A stretch of DNA of 64,000 nucleotides. It comes from Octopus vulgaris (Eukaryota). The notes under the pieces are model-generated. The model did no database searches, was not told where the DNA came from, and saw nothing but the letters and a program-made list of their open reading frames with translations. Both the position numbers and the translations under genes were made by a program. Below, piece after piece: positions 1 through 13,429 of the stretch (within the stretch, counting starts at the first letter, position 1; each line of letters opens with the position of its first letter). The stretch is taken from contig OX597833.1 of NCBI GenBank assembly GCA_951406725.2, positions 35,216,001 through 35,280,000 on the forward strand, read 5' to 3'.

Positions 1-978
1 GACAAAGAAAATGGGAAGTCATTAATTATTGGCCTATAACATGCTTAACATTTTTATGGAAGTTATTTATTGGTCTGATAGCCAATGCATTGTATGGCTT
101 TCTGGTGAAAGAGAATCCATTACCAGAAGAGCTAAAGGGATGCAAAAAGAAGCCAAAATAAACTGATGATGAATTGTATATCGAAAGTAGGATACTAAGT
201 AAGGTACGAATAAAAAAGAACTTTGCTGTTGGTTAGACTACAGAAAAGCCAACAGTGTTTCATACTCTGCGGGTGCCCGAGGACACTTGGTGTTCATGAG
301 AAGTTAATTCTTTTTCTTTTTTTGAAGAACAAACAAAATCATAGGAAGTAGAACTAAGATGTGGGAAGAATCATTAGGAAATGGGAAAATTAGCTGGGGA
401 TATTTCTTGGAGATTCGCTCTGGCCATTGTTTTTTGCCATTGGGTTAATTCTCTGATAAGTATACTGAGAAAAGGCTATCTTGCTTATAAACTTAGAAAC
501 CAGAGTGAAAATAATAAATCATCTGCTATGGATAACTATACACTGTACATGAAAAGTGAAAATGACCAGGATTTCCTGACCTAAACAGTAAAATTATTAA
601 ACGAGGATAATGATATGCTGTTTGAAGTGTGTAGTTTTAATTATGAACAGAAGCTGAAAGATTAGATTTGAAGGTATAAATTGACCACAAAATGATATTC
701 TCAGATTGCTTAGAAGTAATGAAGAATACAAATCTTAGGAGTGCTGCGGGACGGAAAGGTAATACAAAGAGAAATAAGAGAGACAAATCTTTAAAGTGTA
801 CGTGACACAGATTAGAGAGATGCTCGAAAGAGGCAATGTTATCAAAGCAATGAATACGTGGTACTCTGTTTTTTTTTCCCAAAATGGAGCAAGACAGAGT
901 TACAGAAATCAAACAAAAGAACTAAGAATCTACTCAAAATTCACAACACGAACACTCTAAAAGTAATATTGGCAGGTG
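1..978 (+). mobile_element. Degenerate R4/Dong-clade non-LTR retrotransposon, reverse transcriptase region (runs off window start)
   Basis: Frameshifted translation gives NYWPITCLTFLWKLFIGLIANALYGFLVKENPLPEELKGCKK, GIFLGDSL (GIFQGDSL motif), INHLL.MD, EYK.LGVL and GNVIKAMNTW, in the order of R4-clade RT motifs; many stops and indels. Confidence 0.85.
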
Positions 979-1147
979 GATAGATAGGCAGATAGATAGG
1001 TAGGTTTATAGATAGCTTGATTGCTTGATTGCTTGATTGACTGGTTGATTGGTTGCCCCCAACAATACTACTTAAGTGGATTTTTAGTAAATATTTAGTA
1101 AATAAGAAGTAAATATTTCAGAAAAATGTACAATTTAATCATGCAAC

Positions 1148-1173
1148 CGTGGAATTTCCGCGTGTACTGCTAG
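1148..1173 (+). mobile_element. Probable Helitron 3' terminus (hairpin plus CTAG)
   Basis: CGTGGAA-T-TTCCGCG hairpin, 7 nt spacer, then CTAG followed by T, matching the Helitron 3' signature. The 5' end was not identified. Confidence 0.45.
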
Positions 1174-1185
1174 TTATTATTATTA

Positions 1186-1256
<71 letters not shown>

Positions 1257-1310
1257 TTATTAATAATAATAATAATAATGATAATAATAATAATAATAAT
1301 AATAGTAATA

Positions 1311-1352
<42 letters not shown>
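1174..1352. repeat. (TTA)n to (TAA)n microsatellite with polarity switch near 1260
   Basis: Read directly from the sequence. Confidence 0.95.
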
Positions 1353-2114
1353 GGACTCAAAGCAGAAACAGAGGGATTTTTAATTGCAGCACAAGACCAA
1401 AGCCTCCCCACCAGAAATTACCAAAAACATGTAATGAAAAGAAATATTACAAGTAACTGCAGAATATGTGGAGATGGACAAGAAACAATAAATCATATTA
1501 TCTCTAGCTGCCCAGTCCTGGCTAAGAAGGAATATATTCACAGACATGACAGAGTTGGAACCTACATACACTGGAAGCTATGCTAACATTATGGAATAAC
1601 AACAGAAAAAAAGATGGTATAGGCACACACCAGAAAAGGTCACAGAAAACGAGAAAGCAACCATACTCTGGGATATGCCGATACACACAGATAGAGAAAT
1701 TAAGGCCAACAGACCAGATATAGTTGTCAGAGATCATGAAGAAAAAAAATGCTTTCTAATTGATGTATCAATACCGGCAGATGACAACGTGTCTCTAAAA
1801 GAAATGGAGAAACTCTCAAAATACAAAGACCTGGAAATAGAGGTAACTAGAATGTGGAATCTGAAGACAAAAACAATTCCTATCATAGTAGGTGCATTAG
1901 GCATGATAAAAAAATATTCAGACAAATACATAACAAAAACACCAGGACTTACAAACACATATAACATACAGAAAATTGCACTACTAGGCACTGCACACAT
2001 CCTACGCAGAACACTTTCCATACAATAACCATCACAACAAATCACAGCACATACCCAAGGCACACAGAGCTGCGCTCGGTAGTGAAGTGAAAGCACGCTA
2101 TAAAAATAAAACTA

Positions 2115-2117
<3 letters not shown>
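1353..2117 (+). mobile_element. Young 5'-truncated R4/Dong-clade LINE: CCHC zinc knuckle, restriction-like endonuclease and 3' UTR, within (TAA)n
   Basis: GLKAETEGFLIAAQDQSLPTRNY, CRICGDGQETINHIISSC (CCHC), RHD, RPDIVV...IDVSIP (PD..D), KLSKYKDL, IVGALG, ending RRTLSIQ* at 2028. One premature stop (1584-1586) and one poly-A frameshift near 1610; (TAA)n on both sides. Confidence 0.93.
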
Positions 2118-2158
<41 letters not shown>

Positions 2159-2207
2159 TAATAATAATAATAATATTGTTATTGTTATTATTATTATTAT
2201 TATTATT

Positions 2208-2661
2208 CTATGTTTGACTTTTGCTTTATATTTGTACAAGCTGGCTCCAAGTCTCACCCAGAGACCTCAAGAGACAACAGGGTTGGAAATTCATGTTGTT
2301 GTTATGCCTAGTGTGCCATATATTTGGGGGGTGGGGATGTTGTACTAATGAATGTCTAAAAAAAAAAGGGTTTTTTTTTTTTTTTTTTTAAACCGAAAAT
2401 TATGTTTGTTTTAAACCTTGAGATTACATAGAGAGTATTTTGCGTAGGATATGAGCAGTTCCCATGAGCACTACTTTTGAACTTCTGCCATTTTTGGGTT
2501 TCCTGGTATCTGAGTTAGGTAGCTATCAGCCCCTTTTGCTATCATTCCCAGGGCACCTATGACAACAGGTATTGTTTTAGTCTTCAGCTTCCACATTTTG
2601 CTGATTTCTATTTCAAGATCTTTATATTTGCTCAGTTTTTGGTAGGTCTTGACAGATACGT
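2208..2661 (-). mobile_element. 5'-truncated R4/Dong-clade LINE 3' end (second subfamily), tail-to-tail with the 1353-2117 element
   Basis: Minus strand VSVKTYQKLSKYKDLEIEISKMWKLKTKTIPVVIGALGMIAKG...MGTAHILRKILSM* with a different 3' UTR; (TAA)n on both sides in element orientation. Confidence 0.9.
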
Positions 2662-2688
2662 TTATTATTATTATCATTATTATTATTA

Positions 2689-2763
<75 letters not shown>

Positions 2764-2816
2764 CATCATTATTAATAATAATAATAGTAATAATATTATT
2801 ATTATTATATTTTTTA

Positions 2817-3200
2817 GGCGACGAGCTGGTAGAATCGTTAGCATGCCAGACAAAATACTTAACGGCATTTCGTCCGTTTTACGTTCTGAGTTCAAATGCT
2901 TCTGAGGCCGACTTTGCCTTTCATCCTTTCTGGGTCGATAATCGACTATCCCGCCTCCCTCAATTTTCAGACCTTATGCCTTTAGTAGAAAGGATTATTA
3001 TTATTTTTTAGGTGGCGAGCTGGCAGAATTGTTAGCATGCCGGACAAAAGGCATAGCGGCGTTTCGTCCGTTTTTACGTTCTGAGTTCAAATGCCGCCGA
3101 GGCCGACTTTGCCTATCATCCTTTCAAGGACACTGGTGTCGATGTAATCGACTAACCTCTCCCCCCAATTTTCAGGCCTTGTGCCTATAATAAAAAGGAT
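2817..3200 (+). mobile_element. Two tandem tRNA-derived SINEs (type A, central GCCTTTCATCCTTTCGGGGTCGAT domain resembling the Meta/MESC SINE domain)
   Basis: Heads GGCGACGAGCTGGTAGAATCGTTAG and GGTGGCGAGCTGGCAGAATTGTTAG, B-box-like GAGTTCAAAT, central domain and (TTA)n tails; copies at about 2817-3005 and 3010-3200. Confidence 0.85.
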
Positions 3201-3211
3201 TATTATTATTA

Positions 3212-3324
<113 letters not shown>

Positions 3325-3506
3325 ATTGTTGTTTTTGCTGTTGTTGGTGGTAGTAATAGTTGTGGTATCTATATTATTATCTGTTGACTGGAACAAACGA
3401 GAAAAATTTTACAAGTTCAGCTTTCGCAATTAAATTTCGCCTTAGGTCAAATTGATTGCTAATCTTTCTAAAATTGATAAACAACTATCATTAATATAAT
3501 GCAAAC

Positions 3507-3780
3507 AATTTAGTAAATTAGTTATCTTAACAAAATTAAGCTGGTACCCAGTCAAATAAAAACCATCACTAAAATTGTGCTATTAATATTTGATGAGTGC
3601 TGGACAAATTGCTAGTTTTTTTGTTTGTTTATTTATTTATTTTTTGTTCCATTGTTTATAATGAGGCAACGCAAACATATGCAACAAAAACAAAATTAAG
3701 CATTTGAAAAAGAATTGTGTTATAAGGAGAATTTAATGAGTTCAGCTGTAAACTAGCATATTCAATAAATCACAAAAGTT
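3507..3780. repeat. Left arm of a long-range inverted duplication (partner 7558-7807)
   Basis: Reverse complement of 7558-7807; the inner ~88 nt differ by one substitution by eye. Confidence 0.9.
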
Positions 3781-4086
3781 GTCATTGGGTTATTTATATT
3801 TGTCATGGTATATTCATTTCTACAGGAGACATTGTATATTGCTTTAATAAGATCACGTTGAGTATCAAGGAGTACCTCCATGGCATTTTTGGAGTCAGAT
3901 ATTGATAACATGTTATATTCTCTGAAGAAGAATGACGTAAACAACATAACTGCTGCAGTTTGTGGGTTTACAGGAGTTGACTGTCTCGTTTGTTTTTTAG
4001 AAATTATTTTTTAGTTGTGTCCGGCTCTTAGATTACATAAACTATCAAGATGTGATCTAACAGTCATGAGTCCATGAGAGGCTAAA

Positions 4087-4490
4087 TAATATTTTCTACT
4101 TTAAACACAAGGCCCAAAATTTTGGGGAAGAGGGCCAGTCGATTAGATCGACCCCAGTACGCAACTAGTACTTAATTTATCGATGCAGAAAGGATGAAAG
4201 GCAAAGTCGACCTCAGCGGAATTTGAACTAAGAACATAAAGACAGACGAAATGCCTATTTCTTTACTACCCACGAGGGGCTAAACACAGAGAGGACAGAC
4301 AAGGACAGGCAAACGGGTTAAGTCGATTATATCGACCCCAATGCGTAACTGGTACTTATTTAATCGACCCCGAAAGGATGAAAGGCAAAGTCGACTTCGG
4401 CGGAATTTGAACTCAGAACGCAGCGGCGGACGAAATACCGCTAGGCATTTCACCCGGCGTCCTAACGATTCTGCCAGCTCACCGCCTTGG
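4087..4490 (-). mobile_element. Composite (dimeric) type A SINE
   Basis: Minus strand: head, body and tail ...GTGGGTAGTAAAGAAATA joined to GGCATTTCGTC, then a second body with the standard tail. Confidence 0.85.
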
Positions 4491-4541
4491 AGAGGCTAAA
4501 TATTACTATACATTCACATATATATATATACGTATATTTAT

Positions 4542-4582
<41 letters not shown>

Positions 4583-4601
4583 CGTGTATATATATATACA
4601 T

Positions 4602-4652
<51 letters not shown>

Positions 4653-4731
4653 CATACATACATATAAGAGGAAGGTTTTCGTATCGTCGATTTGAATGCT
4701 TTGCGTTCTTGTCCCATTATATATATTTTTT

Positions 4732-4832
<101 letters not shown>

Positions 4833-5264
4833 AAATGCATGTGTACGTGAATCTGCGTGTGTGTGTGTGTGTCAGATGCTGCAATGACTTTGTTTTAGTG
4901 ATAATAAAGTGGAATAGGAATCACTCACTCACTGAAGCAATCATGTGGTGGGTTGAACCAAATTACCCCTTATCTAGTCATGTCCTCTGTCGGCTTGACT
5001 TTTCATCTTTAGCAATCAGATGAATTAGGTACTTTTCCTCCCCTTTGCTCTTTTCGGAGATCCACACTGACCAAACAAACCTACAATCAACGGCTTTGCA
5101 AACCTTGACAATCGCACCTTCATTTTCCAGGCACTTTTATTCTAAAACTGCTCCAGCCTGGTAAGTTCTTGTCAGCAAGAAGGAAAGCACTGACAAAGCT
5201 AAGTGGTTGTTCGTTGTTCGTCCTAGATGGAATAGCATCCAAATCATACCCCATCTTCATGAAT

Positions 5265-6790
5265 AATCCTTTATTCTATAGGCTCGACATTTTGTTGGGA
5301 GGGGGCTATTCGACTAAATCGACTCCAGTGCTCAGCTGGTACTTATTGCATCGACTTTGAAAGGATGAAATACATAGTCAACCTCGGTAGAATTTGAACT
5401 CAGATTGCTCTGCCTTCATAAATAATGGTTTCAAACTTCCGCACAGGAAGAGATAGAGAAATCGATTACATCGACCCAGTACTTGACTCGTACTTATTTT
5501 ATAGAATGCGAAAGGATGAAATGCAAAGTGAGCCCTAGTAGAATTGAAATTCAAAATGCCCTACCTTCGTAAATTATAATCATATAAAGTATTTATCAGG
5601 TTAATATATCAGGCAATGTGGTCACTTATATATAACATAGGGGATTGTCACAGTTGCATGGACTTTAATCACAGTTATTCTCGATCTGAATCGAAATAGC
5701 AACATATAGTAGAGTCGATTAAATCACTTATACTCACTGTTCCCACACCTTGAGTTAACTGTATAAATTATTAATTGTACCCAAGAAGCCGAACTCAATG
5801 CCCTGTAGTATTTAAATACATCGCTGTACGTTTGGAGGTCAAATCCTGTCCAAGTGAAACTTGCCTTTCAATATCCCAAGGTGGATAATATCTGGTTCAG
5901 ATAATGGTTTTTCATCGATCTATTATACCCTTCCGCTAAATATTTGTCAGCCGAGTGTTCAATAATTCAGTATTACATCTGTTTGAAGGGATTCAGATTT
6001 GTAGAAAGCTTACATAACACGTCTGACTAAACTAAGTTCAAATCTCATTGGCAATTTCTTTTGATCTTTTTCCCCTTCCAAGGCCGATGAAATAGTTACT
6101 AGTTATACTCTGTGATCGATTCAGTTGATGATACTTGTCGTCAACAAACTGGTGGCTTCTACTAACATTAGACAAATATTAAATCCTGTTGAGCGCAACT
6201 CAGAGCAAGTGTTAATCTCCCAACGTGCTAAGATCGAGATACGGTCTTAATACGTTGTTAAGTCAATTTCATGCTACTCTGGTGAAAATATTGCTAAAAC
6301 TATTCATAAAACACTTTTTTTTCTCTCACACCTAAAATATATATATTATTTATTAACAATACAACGCGAAGCTAATTCAGCTGTAAACTATAACCTACAA
6401 TAGATTTGGATTCAAAATCCAAATGTATTATTTATAGCGCAATCCGCTTCGAGATACATCATTGATAAATTCTTATTCACAGTTTTCTCACTGCTTCAAT
6501 ATTTACTTTAATATTACATTGCATATAGTGAAAAATATTGAATTATTTTCGTGATGTGATGGTCAGTATTATGAATTTTATTTAAGGCGGCTAACTGGCA
6601 ACATCGTCAGCAGCACGCCGGGAAAATGCTTAGCGGCATTTTGTCCATCACTTCATGTTGAGTGCAAATTCCGCTTAGGTCAACTTTGCCTTTCACCTTT
6701 TCGGGGTTGATAAAATAAGTACCAGTTGCACACTGGGTTCGATGTAATCGACTTAGCCCTCTTTACTTTGAAGCAAAGTTTGAAACCATT
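5265..6790. mobile_element. Cluster of decayed type A SINE fragments (about 5265-5420 -, 5430-5570 -, 5830-5950 +, 6020-6180 +, 6585-6790 +)
   Basis: Recurring GAAAGGATGAAA / GCCTTTCA and GTTCAAAT motifs; 6585-6790 is close to full length. Confidence 0.7.
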
Positions 6791-7557
6791 ATGAATTTTA
6801 TTCCGGTCATGTTCATAAGACAAAAACATCCAGTAATTTATCCGAAAGGATTTTGGGTCATCAATGCAGGCTTTGTTCCGTATAGATCGCCTGTTATCAA
6901 GTGATACTGGGAGAAACATCCCTCGTACGGGTTTTAGTTTCTGTATTTTAGCTCCATGCCAGACTTGATCCATTAGATCTATGATCAAACGCGTTCGAGA
7001 TGTAACCATCCCGTATTTTTGTTTATCTAGGAATACCTTTGCTAGTGTTTCTTTCATTTAATATGGCAGAGTGTAATTAGGTCGCTAGTACTTGCAGGAT
7101 TAGCAGTCATGTAGAGTCCCTTGTAGATTCGTATTCTTTCAAAAGATTAACGAAATATCTGTAAATTATAATGATGAAAAAAAAAATGAAATGGATTTGC
7201 TGCCAAAGGAATCAAAGACAGAGTCAATGATTCAACTCCAACTATGCTCAAACTTGTTTCAGAATGCCCACATATATTTGAGTGGGAGAAACCTGAGACG
7301 GAAAGATTAAATATTATATTTTAGTATATAGTTTTATTCATCTAAATTAAAATTCTACCGCGAGTAAATTATGGTTGTCATCCATCCCAGGTAAACAGAA
7401 CAACTTGTAATATACTGAGTTCAATTTAGTCAACCATACGTTTCTACTATTCATATCTGTCTTTGTACCAATGTAAGACATCATTTTGCAATGATATCCT
7501 AAAATAATCACCAAAATTCGCTGTGGTTAAAAATTTCGTAGTTAAAACAATTATTAA

Positions 7558-7807
7558 AACTTTTGTGATTTATTGAATATGTTAGTTTACAGCTGAACTC
7601 ATTAAATTCTCCTTATAACACAATTCTTTTTCAAATGCTTAATTTTGCTTTGGTTGCATATGTTTGCGTTGCCGCTTCAAAAACAATGGAACAAAAAAAA
7701 ATTAATAAGCAAACAAAAAATAAAATATTAATAGCACAATTAAATGATGTTTTTTTATCTGACTGGGTACCATCTTAATTTTTTTAAGATAATTGATTTA
7801 CTAAATT
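7558..7807. repeat. Right arm of the long-range inverted duplication (partner 3507-3780)
   Basis: Reverse complement match to 3507-3780. Confidence 0.9.
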
Positions 7808-7858
7808 TATATATTTACAGAACAGATTTATATGGCGTACAAATATACAAAAAAACTA

Positions 7859-8053
<195 letters not shown>

Positions 8054-8330
8054 ATGGCATTTCATGCACGAAAGCTGTTTCTGGGTGATCGGAATTATGT
8101 AATATTTGGTGTGGGGGAAAATGAAGCGTGCGAGATGGACCGTGCAAGAAGTCAAGAGTATGCAACTAGCAGTGGATGCATAAAAACATTACCGTAAATC
8201 CGGCCTCCGTCTTCAGAGGGAAGGGATGAGTATTCAATAAAGATTTAGAACGATAAGTCCTAATCATTTGAGCACTACTATTTTCTATAATGAGCGTCTC
8301 TGGATCTCATCTGTCGACTCTCTCTCGCTA

Positions 8331-9491
8331 CCTGGGTCATCCCATAAACAATGCGGTTTTTTCAAATGTATGAACTAAAAGTCGGAAGGGGACGGGTTAA
8401 ATTACCTGTATCAACTTGCTATAAAAACAGGTAGTAATTTTACCTTGTACTTATTCTCAGTGCAAGTTCTGAAGAGTACAGTTCGATTTTAGCAGTTATT
8501 TTTTTCAAAGCTGTAATGGACAAAGGATTATAATCAGCATATACTGCATTATGAGTTCAGTAAAGGCAACAACGCAGCGGAAGGTACGAGGAATATATGT
8601 GCAGTATATAGGGATCGGATAATAAGCATAAGCCAGTGTCAACGGGGGTTCCAGAAATTCCGAGCCGGAAATTACAGCCTAGAAGACAACTCCCATCCTA
8701 GAAGATCTGTAGAGCTAGACGAAGACGGCCTGCAAACTCTGGTGGAACAAAATCGTAACTGTTGAGGACCTAACAGATAAGATTGGATTTGGTAATTAAA
8801 TCGTTCATCGACACCTGCGTGCCAATCAAAATATCATCTTTTGGGACCGAATATGGACTGATGACGAGAAATGTGTTCTCTATAAAAATGTCAAGCGCCG
8901 ACGACGGTGGTCAGGGAAAGAAGAAACATCGGTATCCCAGGTTAAAGAAGGTCTTCACCCACGTAAGGTGGTGTTATCTGTTTGGTGGGATATGAAAGTT
9001 TTAGTCCACTTTGAACTTTTAAACCCAAACCAAGCGATAACAAAGGAGATCTACTGTGAGCAGCTTGAGCGGCTTAAGTTAGCGCTAGAAGAAAAATGAC
9101 CATCTTTGGTTTCAAGACGAAAGGTGTTCTTCCATCGGCCACATACAGCGAGGATGACATTCGAAAGGCTGGAGCAGTTTGCATGGGAACAATGCCCCAT
9201 CCAGTATATTTGCCGGACATTGCCCCATCTGATTATCATTTATTCCGCAGTTTTCAAAATCATTTTGACGGAAAAAATATGAATTCTGTAGACAAGGTTA
9301 GAACAGTACTGGCCGGGTATTTTTCGTCACGTACAAGTGAATTTTGGAAGAGGGGCTTTGCAGGTCTACCAGATAGATGGAAGAGCGTTGTAGAAAATGA
9401 AGGAGAGTTGTTTTAGATTAAAAAAGAACTTTGTTTATCTTAATTTTGAAAAATATATATATAAAAAAAAATGCATTATTTAGGGGATGAC

Positions 9492-9495
<4 letters not shown>
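8331..9495 (+). mobile_element. Mariner (DD34D) transposon relic with both TIRs, internally deleted
   Basis: TIRs TGGGTCATCCCATAAACAATGC and GCATTATTTAGGGGATGACCCAA with TA flanks. Transposase remnants HILHYEFSKGNNAAEGTRNICAVY...FRAGNYSLED, TDDEKCVLY (TGDEKW), GLHPRKVVLSVWWD and PVYLPDIAPSDYHLFRS. The WVPHEL linker is missing. Confidence 0.93.
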
Positions 9496-9537
<42 letters not shown>

Positions 9538-9655
9538 GAATAAATGGAATTTACTTGTGTGGTTTTTTGCTACCCTGGTAACTATTTTCGTGTTAATTGT
9601 TAACAAGAGAAAAATACACACATCTATTTAAATAAATAAATAAATAAATAAATGA

Positions 9656-9764
<109 letters not shown>

Positions 9765-9963
9765 TTAGGTAAATTTTGTGAAACATTTTGAGGTATAACT
9801 TTGAAGAATGTAGTTGAGTAAAGCCGGAACAATGCAAGAAGATGCAAATAAACTATAAAATGAAAAGAAAACAAAAGAAAGTTGTTGTTTTCTTTTCATT
9901 TCGTGCTTTACCTTCTCGAATTGTTCCGGTTTTACACAACTACCTTCTTCAATATATATTTAA

Positions 9964-10029
<66 letters not shown>

Positions 10030-10458
10030 TGCATTATACCAAATAATATTCCTTGATTTTGTTTTTCTATTATTTATATATCCGTTTTACTTGGTATTAA
10101 CATTACAAATAATTAAATTCTCTCCACCTGTAAATTTTATTCTTCACGTTATTTATATCTATAGACAACTTATAAACCGGGTAGGTAAGCGGGTTCGTTG
10201 AGCCGTCTTACACTATGTTCTATTTTGTGAGGAGTTCTTATCCTGAGTTTCTATCCTGAAGAAAACACTTCTTGTCGCATGATGTTGCACTTCTGTTTAT
10301 CGATAAAGAACACGTCTGAAACGGGTGTAGTGAACCGCAACCCTTATACATACATACATACATACATACATACATACATACATACATACATACATGCATG
10401 CATACGTACATACATACATATATACATACATACATACATACATACATGTTTGCATACG

Positions 10459-10489
<31 letters not shown>

Positions 10490-10551
10490 TTATATATATG
10501 TATGTAAGTATCTCTGTGTGTGTGCGATTGTGTGCGTGCGTGCAAGTGTGG

Positions 10552-10585
<34 letters not shown>

Positions 10586-11054
10586 ATGTGTATAATACAT
10601 ACATAAATATGCACACACATATATATCTATGTATATATAAATGTGTGTGTATCCATCTGTGTATGTATTTGCTGTCTTTTACTTTTAATTATGTAAATTC
10701 TTCCCTTAAGGAAGTATCTAGCTTTTCACAACCATACACAGCTTTAATGTTGGAATGTATACAAGGACAGCAACGTCACATGCTGAAGTTAAGAAAAGTC
10801 TTGCATAATCTTACTGTTCCGCTTACACATGTATTTTTAATGCGCTTGTTAGTTGTTTATTTCTTTTTCTGAAAATCCTAGCTTTTCCTTATTGCCCCTT
10901 ACGCATTTATTAACTTTAAACGAAGTGTACAAAATATTAGTTGTATAAATGTGAATCTACGCAGTAGGTTTCGAATAGACAGTGTAGGTTTCGAAGCAGT
11001 TGTATGTAATCATCTGGTTCCTTGATTATCCACATTAACATACGTATGTATGTA

Positions 11055-11116
<62 letters not shown>

Positions 11117-11249
11117 CAACTACAGGTGTACCCTCCTCATACGCTCGTACATACACACGTACACACAATCTCTTTCTCTTTTCACAGAGGATATTATATA
11201 TAAGTAAATGTGAGCGGAAAAAGAACTAAAGAAGAAGGAGAAAGCGCGC

Positions 11250-11309
<60 letters not shown>

Positions 11310-11525
11310 ACATGATATGTTTGCATGTAGACAGACGCAGATGTTTGTATTTGTGTGTGTATGCACATATGTGACAGGTGTGTGTGTACTATATTTTCAA
11401 GATTGTGCTTCTCTGCCCAAATATAGAAGAATATTTAATGCATATTATGAAGTGATATATATAGATTAATATCTATATAGACCCGTATATATGCATGTAT
11501 ATATGTATGTATGTATGTTTGTATG

Positions 11526-11569
<44 letters not shown>

Positions 11570-11598
11570 GGTGTGTGTGTATACACACACACACACAG

Positions 11599-11677
<79 letters not shown>

Positions 11678-11681
<4 letters not shown>

Positions 11682-11888
11682 AGGTGGTGCTGAATAGCTC
11701 CTAACTTTGAGGGTATCGCGAAAGGTCTAGTTGGGGGTCTAAACTGAGTTCTTTTACAGAAATACGGAATGACAACTGCAGTAAGTGTGTGAAACTCAGA
11801 GGGGAATATATTAAATAAAATTATAATTAATTGATCCTTCTACATTTTATTTTACCCAAAGCCAGGAACTTTTCAACACCACATCATA
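11678..11888 (+). mobile_element. Mariner-derived MITE (~210 bp) in (TA)n
   Basis: Imperfect TIRs GGTGGTGCTGAATAGCTCCTAACTTT and AAAGCCAGGAACTTTTCAACACCAC; internal KCVKLRGEYIK* matches a mariner transposase C-terminus. Confidence 0.8.
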
Positions 11889-12037
11889 TATATGCATATA
11901 TGTAATGTATGTATATGTGTACAAGCATAAATACACACACATATACAAAATGCATATATATGTATATATATCAATGCATACAGGTGTAGATCGTAGATGC
12001 AGTACATGACTGTATGTATATATATATATACATATAT

Positions 12038-12123
<86 letters not shown>

Positions 12124-12194
12124 CATATATATATATATATACATATATATATAGATAATATGTATACATACATATATATATATATATATGTGCA

Positions 12195-12380
12195 CAAGTC
12201 CCCTTCCACACGAACATACACGTTCTCACATACACACCCACGCACACCTTCGTTTTGGGAACACCCCTACTTTATTATGCCCCCTTCTTTCTAGCTCTCC
12301 TGTGGGATTCCTCTGTCGAAGAGCGCAGGCCCCAAACGTAAAAGACTTTCTTACTTCCCGAGCTTTAAGCTAATACATAT
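12195..12380 (+). mobile_element. Short Penelope-like/retrozyme-like element with a decayed hammerhead (12308-12345)
   Basis: CTGTCGA-A-GAGC-GCAG-GCCC-CAAA-CG-TA-AAAGA aligns with the 62970-63007 motif, followed by the shared CCCGAGC...CTAATAC motif. Confidence 0.55.
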
Positions 12381-12673
12381 ATTTGGGGGGGGGGGGCAAA
12401 AACAGACACACAAACATACACACACACTCACACACACATATATATACATATATATATATATGTATATATTTATGTACATTTATATACATACGTACATATA
12501 TATAAATATATATATATATAGGTGCGTATGTATATATATATATATGTATACATATAGATATGCATGCATATGTATATATGTGTATGTATATATATATGTA
12601 TGTATATATATATGTGTATGTATACATATATATGTGTATGTATATATATGTGTATATATATATATACATATCT

Positions 12674-12721
<48 letters not shown>

Positions 12722-12933
12722 GCGAGAGCGTGTGACTGTGTGTGTATATAGATACATATACATATATATTTATATATGTACATATATATAAATATATATG
12801 TGTATATCTATCTATATATATATAGTGTATATATCAATAAATATATATAATATATAATATAGTATATTTAAATTTTTTATATATATTTGTAAGTATGTAT
12901 ATCTATATCTGTATATTATTAATGCGATCTGTA

Positions 12934-12987
<54 letters not shown>

Positions 12988-13008
12988 AGTCATATATACA
13001 CATACATT

Positions 13009-13064
<56 letters not shown>

Positions 13065-13201
13065 AATTCAAAAGGAGGGTGAGAAATTTGATATTAATTT
13101 AATTAACATCAATTTCACACCAGTGTTCTAGTATATAAAAAAACTGAAGGTTCAGTAAAATTGCATTATATACATATATATATACATACATACATACATA
13201 C

Positions 13202-13289
<88 letters not shown>

Positions 13290-13429
13290 TGAGAGACAGT
13301 GAGAGAGAAAGAGTGAGAGAAAGAGAGGGAGAGGCAGACAGAGACTGCGATAAATAAATATTTCTTCATGTATGCGCATTTATACATATAATCAAACACA
13401 TATACATCGTAATAAGCGTATGTACGTAG

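Noticed and set aside
5738-5802. Minus-strand exon candidate (tacag...gtgagt; ALSSASWVQLIIYTVNSRCGN)
   Set aside because: Poor polypyrimidine tract, no partner exons and no homology.
6680-7057. 125-aa minus-strand ORF MKETLAKVFLDKQ...
   Set aside because: No recognisable motif and its 3' third lies in an antisense SINE; a BLAST search would be needed to support it.
10240-11030. Hammerhead-like fragments (CTGAAGA...GAAACG at 10256-10325; minus-strand CAGATGA...GAAAC near 10985-11017)
   Set aside because: No convincing stem II or stem I; too decayed to call.
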